Assembly: GCA_001687465.1 (NCBI GenBank)
Contig: LVLI01000409.1
Location: 1-64,000, forward strand
Direction of reading: 5' to 3'
Source of the DNA: Halocafeteria seosinensis
Lineage: Eukaryota
Length of the DNA: 64,000 bases
Shown: positions 54,726 through 64,000 of the stretch, one piece after another
How the letters are laid out: each line of letters starts with the position of its first letter
Numbering within the stretch: position 1 is the first letter of the stretch
The notes under the pieces: model-generated
Told to the model about the DNA's origin: nothing
What the model saw: only the letters and a program-made list of their open reading frames with translations
Databases searched by the model: none
Position numbers and translations under genes: made by a program

Positions 54726-55745
54726 CTATACCAGTTGTTCCGATAGCGGGAACAAGACTGGCCTAGATGGTGCTGCATCACCTTCAAGAGGAGAAACCTG
54801 TAGCTGCAACATATATCTCCCCGTTGAGACACTCTCCGGGATGTATGCCAATTCAGTAATACTTGTGGTGTAACTTCGCGCCGGGAGCGTATCTTCCGAG
54901 CCCTCTACTTGCCAGAACGTCTTATGCGCTATCAAGTAACCCTGATCGTCCTCTTTATCCATAGATGGTAGATCGACAATAATGTTCTCACATTGTAAAG
55001 AGACAAGGAAGTCCATACTGCTCTTGGTGAAATACGGAGCGCCAGTACCTCCCCAGTGCCTCTTCCGCTTGTCTGTGCCGTTCACAAGTGCCCTAATAAC
55101 GATGGCTTTTGCAAATGATTTCCATGTTTCGTCGCTTTCGGGAGAACCTGCGAGACTTCGCATTGCTTCTCGCAAACAGCCTCGATCTATCACCAAGTCT
55201 TCCGCGGAGGCTGCAGGATAGCTGGTCGTGTCGTCCTCAGTTGCCTCTCGAAACTTTTTGGGGATAACATCAAGCACGATACACGGAATGAAATCCTTCC
55301 CTACCCTGGATAATAAGAGGGGTAATATAGCGCACCGCATCAGCTAAGTCCCAGGGGTGGAGATGCATCTACATACGTGATCTGGGTGTCGGCAAGTGTG
55401 ATGCGTTTTCTGACCACATGACCAACACATTCCGTGTGAGTTCCATTGCCGTGGGCACATATTTGAATCACCTGAGAGACGTAGTACGATAACCAACACA
55501 GTGTAGTGTATCCTCGGCATGCTGGACGGGCTTACCGGGCAGTTCACAGACGCTCCTGCCTCGATGGAGCCCACAAAATTGCCTAATTGGACAGGCTGCG
55601 CTTTTGCAGCTGGGAGACCGAATGCATTCGCTTGTTCCTCTTCAGCCTCGTAAGGGCGTATACTTGTACTGATATCAATGCCGTTGGTCAGATCTACTGA
55701 ATAGGGCTTCCTCGTTCTAGGGTCCGTCCACGTGCAGGACAGCAT
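54726..55745 (-). CDS. Cyclase-family metal-dependent hydrolase (kynurenine formamidase KynB-like), 3 exons
   Basis: DIS, spliced PHGNGTHTECVGH, VDLPSMD, AHKTFW, ITEL and GDAAPSRP. Confidence 0.85.
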
Positions 55746-56189
55746 ATCTCATCTCTTTCGTATCCAGTTATACAGACATAGAGTATACGCACACATATAC
55801 ATGTGGCAATCTAAACGATGATAGGTCTCAACAATCTAGCTGGTAACATGTCATACACCATAGATGCTACAACTCTTTGAGAGAACATACTGTAAGCGCG
55901 TTACACAACGCTGTGTGTCCTCTGGGTCGATACATGTATATAAGTTCAACTTTTTTGGGTACGGGAAGATATCTACTCTGTTTCAGTACTCTGTCAACTA
56001 CATATGCTACGCTAGGGCCTGAGGAATGAAACCTACCTGGAATCGTCCGCACGTTCTGGTTCATAAACCATAACAGCGACGGCTCTTGGTTGATAGGTTT
56101 ACAGTATTTGTACAAATTGTACAGTTAGACACTAGCCAACGAGGAGTTACCAGAGTCGCAACTGTTTAGTAAGTGTTTACAAGACATCA

Positions 56190-56350
56190 ATACCGGTGAC
56201 CGGGAACAACATTGGCCATCTGGCCTAGATGGTGCTGCATCACCTTCCAGATGAGAGACATGTAACTACAGTACATGTGAAACACTCTCAGGAGTGTATG
56301 ACGTGGTATGCCCATATGCCCATTCAGTGATCCTGGCGGTGTAATTTCTC
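56190..56350 (-). pseudogene. Decayed partial duplicate of the cyclase 3' end
   Basis: 56220-56247 is identical to 54758-54785. The copy translates as ITEWAY..TPESVSHVL*LHVSHLEGDAAPSRP versus ITELAYIPESVSTGRYMLQLQVSPLEGDAAPSRP, with a stop codon and indels. Confidence 0.8.
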
Positions 56351-56576
56351 CCCAAAAATGATTCGTCGAACGGGAAAGGCTCCTTTTTCTAAACTTCCGT
56401 AGGGGAAACATGACATTCTCCGCTTCCACACATCCACCTAGTTTAGGACGTGTGTGCCGCTCATTTATCCAGTATATTAATGACGATACTCGTCAATTGA
56501 ACAGCTAGCGATATGGTAGACATGGTATATTTTTTAGAAGATACTGAAGTACCACTTCATGTTACTGGGTAACACT

Positions 56577-58547
56577 CTAGTCCTGGTCTTTCTCACCCTC
56601 ATAATATTCTGCTGGGTGTTGCCTTTTATCCTCCTCCGCTTGTAGATCGCGTTTGTCCGGATCAGCTCGGTCCTCGTTAATCTCAACGTGCTCGGTTATA
56701 CTCTTGGGTGTTTGCGTGGAACTCGCTTGACCTGTTTCAATCGGGACGGATGGCGCGCTCGGAATTTCACGGAGTGCCTCCGACAGCAGAGTCTTGATGT
56801 TTTCCAAGTAGTTCCTGTCATTCCTGTTTTCCATATTGCTAGGTGTGATATGTAAACGATAATCGGGACCATAGTACTCAAAGTAGTCGTTATACGGCAA
56901 CTCATCGGGGATTTCAGTATCTAATAGCACCGAGGTTTCGTACGCCCAGCATCGTGCAACATTTCGCATAGTGTATCCACCGCCTCCTACGACAAGAGTG
57001 GGCAAACCAAACGACTTGACGTAGCGAACACATTCAGCATGCCCTTTGACAGATAAGTTGAAGCAACCCAGACGATCTCCAGAGAGTGAGTCTGCGCCGC
57101 ACTGGAGCACGACGGCATTTGGACTGCAAAACACAGATACCGAACGATTTCGAGCTAAGTTCTCCTGTTTCATTGTTTGACAGATCACAAACATACCGGA
57201 AGCGCTCCATGATCTGTGAGATAATGGGGCGGAATACTAGTCGATAACTCTCATCGTCCATTCCGTCTTTTAGCGGGAAGTTGATGGCGTAGTTCTTGCC
57301 ATTCCCATATCCTAAATCTCTCCAATCTCCAGTGCCGGGGAAATAGTCACCAAATCTGCAAGCGTAGCATATCATTTGCAGTAAGGTAACTGAAAATGAC
57401 GAACAGTTATACACCCTCATGCATACTTGTGGAAGCTGCAGGTCATCACTCGGTCGGTAGTATAAAAAGCTTCTTCTACTCCGTCTCCATGGTGGATATC
57501 TATATCAATGTATAAAACTCTTTGGTGTTGTTTCAGAAGCTGCACAACAATGATCAAGCGGTATAAGTTGTAGTTGAAGGCACATTGTGGGGTCTACCTA
57601 GACCAATCACATACTTCGAGAATACCGAGGACACAGTCGTTTACGTAGCAGAAACCAGACGCCTCGCTTTTCTTCGCGTGGTGGAGGCCACCACCCCAGT
57701 TGACTACGTAATCAGCTTTCCCTTCGTTGAGTCGAGCGGCTCCGCCTGTTGTAAAAGAACATAACGTGGCTACAAGAGGGTCAGCGAGAAAATTTCATTT
57801 CCCGTTCGCTTACCCATGCTTCCGCTACAGGAAAGCTGGCAGAATTCGAACAATCCATCGAAAACGGGACAATCTTCTCCCACATTGACTGAACATGTCA
57901 TAGAGAGCCCTTGGTAAGCACATCGGTTCAGTGACTCAGCCCGTCTTTGGCACTCACACTTTTGCAGCTCGCGTAAGCGTTCATGAAGGTTATCGGGGGA
58001 AACGCTACGCAAGAAATTAATGTAATCATCTGAATGAAATCTTGTCATTTCTACATTATCCACTAGCGCAGGTCTCTGCAGCGCATCCGGGTGGAGTTTT
58101 ACCGTAAACCAAGTCAAGAAGGGGACGCGGGATTCTTTTCCAAGCCAATACATACAAATACTTCCAAGTCACGATACATGCCATAATTGACGATCAAATT
58201 ATGAGCCATGCGCACTCTGTGCGGTTTCTGTACAGTAATAAAAATCATAGGAAAACAATAGCATATGCCGTCATCACTACTCGTTTTTCCTTCACGACAT
58301 CAACACTAGCATACCATTGGGTGTCCTTGCCCATAGTGATAATTCCCGATCTCGGCTGCAAAGTATACACAAAGAGGAATGTTTACATGGTCCAATGAAG
58401 TCCTCTCAAGAGGGTCGAGTACCACATACAATCATAAAAGTAGGCGACACGATCTTTCCCCATTTTTGGTTCCTCTTCAAAACAAACGAAAGCACAGCAG
58501 CCAATCAACAAGCAAATACACACAACGGATTACACCACTATCTCCAT
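56577..58547 (-). CDS. HDAC1: Class I histone deacetylase (RPD3/HDAC1-like), multi-exon; start approximate
   Basis: [67 protein letters not shown] and GGGGYT. Confidence 0.95.
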
Positions 58548-58626
58548 TTCTTGAGCAAGCTTGTAAAGGCATCAAATCTTATGTGGGTCAGCTTGTAAGA
58601 GAGAGTGAATGAAGCCATTTCCTCCG

Positions 58627-58662
58627 GGGCCCGGCCGGGCCCGGCGGAAGGAATCCGGGCCC
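58627..58662. promoter_or_regulatory. GC-rich palindromic element in the divergent HDAC/FARSB promoter
   Basis: Perfect palindrome GGGCCCGGCCGGGCCC at 58627-58642 and a third GGGCCC at 58657-58662. Confidence 0.4.
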
Positions 58663-58837
58663 AGGAATGCAAGTTGTTGTGTCAGAAAGAAAAAAGAACC
58701 GGCCATTGGCCCATCTAGCACAAGTTTGCAATTCCAAGGGGAAAAGCAGAATTCCCTTTTTTTTTCTCTTCAAACGAAAGGATAGAGGAATTCTGTTCTT
58801 AATATCTCTGTTTACAAGTGGACCTTGTTTGCACAAG

Positions 58838-61103
58838 ATGCCGACTGTCTCGGTCGCTCGCGATGAACTTTTCGAGCGTCTAGACGCCCAATACAAGGAA
58901 AAGCAGAAGAAAGACGGCTCTGGGAATCCACCCCCTAAAAATGATGAAGAATTTGAAACACTATGTTTCGAGTTTGGGGTGGAATTGGACGAAATCACAA
59001 CGGAGGCCGAAGAGCAGCAGCATCAAGGGGATACGGGAGCTACCAAAGCTGACGCGGATAAAATCATTTACAAGATCGACGTTCCCGCTAACAGATATGA
59101 TCTACTCTGCATTGAGGGTATCGCTCATTCCTTGAATATCTTCCTGGAGAACATGGAGCCACCAGTATGTCTACACGGCACACTCTCTTGGGCACGAAGT
59201 TTTTTACGTGGTGTCTTCCTGCAGGTATACGAGTACATGCCAGTCCCAAAAGAGAAAAGGCAGACCTTGACGGTTCGTCCCTCTACACAAGCCGTCCGTC
59301 CATTTGTCGTAGGAGCCATCCTACGTAATGTGGCTTTGGATGCGACGCGGTACCAGAGGTAAGCACAAAAGAAGTCTTCAGTGTAGTGCATGGGCTCTCT
59401 ATTCATGCTTGTTTGTGACAGCTTCATAGACCTCCAGGATAAACTTCATCAAAATATCTGCCGGAGACGGACATTGGTTGCCATAGGTACTCATGATCTA
59501 GACTCCATAGAGGGGCCATTTGTGTATGACGCAAAAGCCCCACAAGATATTAAATTTCAACCCCTAGGACAATCTACAGAATTCCGCGCAGATAAGTTGT
59601 TAGAGTTCTATCGAACAGGTATGTTTCATGCTGCTCGCTCGTGAAAATCTGTAGTACCACTGTTGACGGGTCCGTTTATGTCCGTGCAGATCCGAGTGTA
59701 AAGCATATCAAGCCGTATGTTGACATCATAGCGGATAAGCCGGTATACCCTCTCATTGTGGACTCCAAGAAGACTGTTCTGTCGATGCCTCCTATAATCA
59801 ATGGAGAGCACTCAAAAATTACTGTGGATACCAAGAACATCTTAATTGAATGCACCGCAACTGATCTCACAAAGGCGCAAACGGTACTAAATATGATGGT
59901 AACAATGTTTTCTGGATACTGTCGTGAGCCTTTCAAAAGTAAGCTATCAAACATGGGGTGATAATTTCATAATTTCTTCAGTTGAATTGAATGCTTGCAA
60001 TGCGCCTGCTCATTACAGTTGAGCCTGTAGAAGTAATTTATGAGGATCCAGCTCAGCATCGGGGCTACGTGACTCCACAGTTGGATATGCGAAGCATGCA
60101 AACTACTGTAGACTCAGTTGAGAATCTTGTTGGTGTCGACATTGGTAGAGAAAGAGTTCGTCGTCTATGTCACCAAATGCAGCTTAACGCTTCGTTGGAA
60201 TCGGACAACAATACTCTTACGGTAGAGATTCCTCCGACTAGGCCAGATGTATTGCACCCGTGCGATATAGCAGAAGATATAGCGATTGCGTATGGCTACA
60301 ACAACATCCCGATGAAGTTGCCTCCGACGCCATCGACTGCAATGCAACAGCCAGTAAACCACCTCACGGACTTGATCCGTGATGAAATTGCGCATGCAGG
60401 ATTTTTAGAATGTCTAACTTTTGGTTTGGTATCCAGACAAGAGAATTATACGAATCTCAGGGTGGAAAATGATCAACGGAGTGTAAGTCTGGCCAACCCA
60501 AAGACGTCTGACTTCGAAATCGTGCGCACGACGTTGATTCCCGGGTTGTTGAAATGTTTGTCTTCTAACAAGTAAGAAAAGTCATGCATTTCGCTGGGTT
60601 AGACAAGCGACTTGTATACCATAATCTTGCTTTGCAGGGATGCGTCCGTTCGAGAAGGCATAAAGTTTTTCGAAATTTCGGACGTTGTAGTGAAAGACGA
60701 TGAACATGATGTAGGTGCCCGTAACAAAAGGACACTTGCGGCAGTTTATTGTGGACTCTCGGCTGGATTCGAGGTTATACACGGTCTCGTAGATAGGGTA
60801 TTCCAGCTTCTAGGTGTCCGGTTGCATCCAAAGGTCCACGAGCTGGCGTTAGCGGGAAGCACTACAGCCTCAGAGGTCGATCCCAATTTCACAGGCTTTC
60901 AATATTATATCGTGGAGCAGGATAGTCCTACTTTCTTGAACGGAAGGGCCGCTCGTATAATGCTAGAAAAGGTTGTAAAAGGAAAAGCAGAAGAGGTTGG
61001 TGCGATTGGTGATTTGGGTGTGATCCACCCAGAGGTGATCACTAACTTTGATATTGGACGTCCTGTATCAGCAGTTGAAATTAATTTGGAGCACTTCATA
61101 TAG
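58838..61103 (+). CDS. FARSB: Cytosolic phenylalanyl-tRNA synthetase beta subunit, multi-exon
   Basis: [67 protein letters not shown] and [13 protein letters not shown]. Confidence 0.96.
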
Positions 61104-61197
61104 AGAGCGATAGAGTCTGTTTTTGTGAAAGTGAAGATACACACTGAGGTAATACAACCACTAGAGTGTTCCATATATTCTGATAACGCTAGCGACT

Positions 61198-64000
61198 TTA
61201 CGGGTGGAATTTCTTTTGGCTCTTAGCCATGTCTTTGAGCATCTGAGGCGGACTAAACTGCTCACCATGGGAATCGGCATAGCGTTCCATCTGGCCCAGA
61301 ATCTTATCAGCACCAACAATATCGATGTACTTGAAAGGTCCGCCATAGAATGGAGGGAAACCAATCCCGAACACAGCCCCAATGTCACCGTCTCCGGGGC
61401 CACTGATAATGCCGTCTTCCAAGCACCGGATGGCTTCGTTGAGGAATCGGCATGTCATTCGCTCTTGGATTACGGTTTCGTCAATACCCTCGCCGTTACC
61501 CTTAATATAGGGTTTAAGGAGCTCAGCAGCTTCAGGATTTACTTTCTGTACGAACAAACACGTCACGTACCCAACCCGAAGCGGCTACAGTGATGATGCA
61601 ACTCTTACTTTATCCTTAGACTCATAAGTGAAGAACCCCTTCCCTGATTTTCGCCCAAGGAAGCCTTTGTCCACGAACGCTTTGAGCACGGCGGGGTCCC
61701 CTCCTGAAAGATATTACAATAAGTGTTGAATATTGGCATACTCCAAGACCGGGTAACTATCGCCTCGCCTACCTTGCATTCTAGGGCCTAGTTTGTCAGA
61801 AAGGAATGATTGTACGTGTTGCGCTACGTCAATGCCTACTTCATCCGTGAGCGTTATGGTACCGACCGGGAATCCGAAGTTCTTCGTCGCAGAGTCCTGG
61901 AAGAATAAGAGGTGAGAATAACCGCGAGGAGAAGTCACACTCTCCAACAACATCTTACAATCTTTTCAGCTGAAACACCCTCTTGGACAAGTGCCATAGA
62001 TTCAGTCATAAATGGACCCAGGCACCGGTTAACGTAAAACCCAGGGACATCTTTCACAACAATCACTGTCTTTCCTTGCTTATATCCAAGGTTCACAGCT
62101 TGTGCCGCCGCCTGCAAGGTCAATGTAGACGCTAGGTGCATAAGGTTTATAGTACTCAAGAAGAAAGCAATTTCGGCTGCCTTACATCCTTGTCTGTGCC
62201 CTCGTGGGTGATAACTTCTAAGAGGGGCATTTTGTCCACAGGAGAGAAGTAGTGCATACCCAAGACTCTACCGGGTCTGCGAGGGAAAGCGAGAAGTTCA
62301 TTATTCTGTCGTGGCACGGAGAGAGGTCGAGAAGATGACGGACCGTTTTGCTCCTTTCGCAATATCGGCTATAGGGATAGCTGAAGTGTTCGTTGCGAAA
62401 ACACCGTGGTCAGGAAGGTGGGGCTCGATTTCCTCGATCACCTGTGAAGACACACGGGATTTTTTTTTGAGGATGCCAGAACCCACGTAAAAAGCGACGA
62501 ATCTCACGAACCTTGTGTTTAACGCCAAGTTCCTCGAATACAGCTTCAATAACGAGGTCAGTGGAGCTCAAGTGCTGATGAATTGCCGACGCGAAGTCGC
62601 TGGAACCTGGTGTGGGTTTGGCGCCAAAGGCTCCCCAAGTAGTTGCATCGTCAGCGAGACCAATAATTTTCCCCATGTACTGGTCCCTTTCAAAGGAAGA
62701 GATATTCTTCTTTTTCACCAGTTGATCTAGACTCTTCCGGATCTGCTGCTCTCCACGGACTAAGCCCTTGTTGAATTTGTCCTTCAACACCACATTACAG
62801 TTCGCGTTAACAGAAGAAACTTGGGCTATTCCTGCTCCCATAAGCCCAGCACCGAGCACCGCAACCTGCTTGGTATCGTGTTTTGGATCACCATAAGGGT
62901 TTTTCTTCGTGGCGGTCTGCGATAACCATGCAATATATTCACGAGGTATGTGCAAACAAACGATGACGGTAGCCTACCTGTGCGAAATAGATATGGCGCA
63001 ACGCATCAGAGATACTGGTCATTCCCAGACGCCCAAATTCTTCCCTCTCTTTCTTAATACCAGCGCTGTAGCCGTATTCTACTCCAGTCTTGATACAGTC
63101 AAAGATAGCCATTGGGGCGACGTATCCCTTAGACTTTTTCTCGATCTCCCCACGAGCACGGTTGAATAGCACAGCTCGTCCGATCGGGTTAGCTGAATTA
63201 TAAAGGACAAATTAATGCCCCTAGAAGAGAACAGGGAAAGCTATGCTGCCAGTGAAACGTACTCTCTAGCAGTTTGTCCATTGTATTCAACTTGCGTTGC
63301 GGAGGTTTTAGGGTACTTTTAACGAGATCTCGTGCCGCCTGTAGTAAGCGCAGGAAGGTACCAATGTCAAACACATAGTACTCTTCCCCTGCATGACACT
63401 GGTTAACTCACTTGGATGGCAGCGTCTTGGAGTCCGTTGGGATCAATGGTGGCATGTACAAGTCCCATCTTTTTGGCCCTGCGGTGAACAGTTTCACGAT
63501 TCGGAATCATTACATCAAGGAAGTAATGCCTCACTTGCGCACGTACCTGTCCGGTTTAATGTTTTTGCCCGTGGTTGCCATCGTCAACGCTTGTTGGATA
63601 CCGACAGTCTTAGGCAGACGTTGAGTGCCACCTGCTCCTGGAAGTAGTCCAAGCTGCACTTCCGGTACACCAAGTTTTGTTTTCGGAGAGGTACTCGCTA
63701 TTCGATAGCTGGCCGCTAGTGCTACTTCCAGGCCCCCACCTAAGCAGCTACCATGGATAGCGGCTACTACGGGCTTCTTGTGAGTCTTCCACACGTTTTC
63801 CAGTCTTTCCACCTGGACAAAAAAAAAGTTTTATAGAAAGTACGTTCCTTTCCAACAGAAGGAGCATGGAGCAGCATCGTTTAGTTTTACCATTTCTTGC
63901 CCCTTCTGGGACAATGCAGAGAGTTCCTCTTGGGTTTTGGCAGCCGAGAGCATGTTGATGTCCGCGCCCGCAATCCAGTTATCCTTTTTTCCCGTTGCCA
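61198..64000 (-). CDS. HADHA: Mitochondrial trifunctional enzyme alpha subunit (enoyl-CoA hydratase/3-hydroxyacyl-CoA dehydrogenase), 5'-truncated by the window edge
   Basis: [61 protein letters not shown] and [14 protein letters not shown]. Confidence 0.93.

Overview
Gene-dense, intron-rich eukaryotic nuclear DNA with short GT-AG introns and the standard code. The histone H3 signature ([11 protein letters not shown]...RGERS) suggests a stramenopile, and MEIG1-like and FAM183-like genes suggest it is flagellated; both are inferences. Bases 1-4800 are the end of an intronless core-histone array (H4<-/->H3, H2B<-/->H2A, H4<-/->H3). Every histone gene is followed by a conserved 17-nt 3' stem-loop, GGTGTT-N5-AACACC, one nucleotide longer than the canonical metazoan element and lacking a purine-rich downstream element. 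The remainder holds about 27 protein genes. Recognisable ones include an MSS51-like protein, a TPR protein, a DEAH helicase, an alpha/beta hydrolase, S1P lyase, MEIG1-like, mitochondrial GluRS, ependymin-like, NDUFB7, RRP40, MPC, a DHHC-family enzyme, DCP1, Tweety-like, MRM2/RlmE, an FHA-WDR70 fusion, a MyTH4 protein, ARL1, a cyclase/kynurenine formamidase, a class I HDAC, FARSB and partial HADHA. Also present are a 1072-bp non-autonomous PIF/Harbinger-like element (perfect 73-bp TIRs, TTA target duplication), an 89/92-bp tandem duplication and a decayed partial copy of the cyclase gene. Spliced gene spans were read by eye and are approximate.
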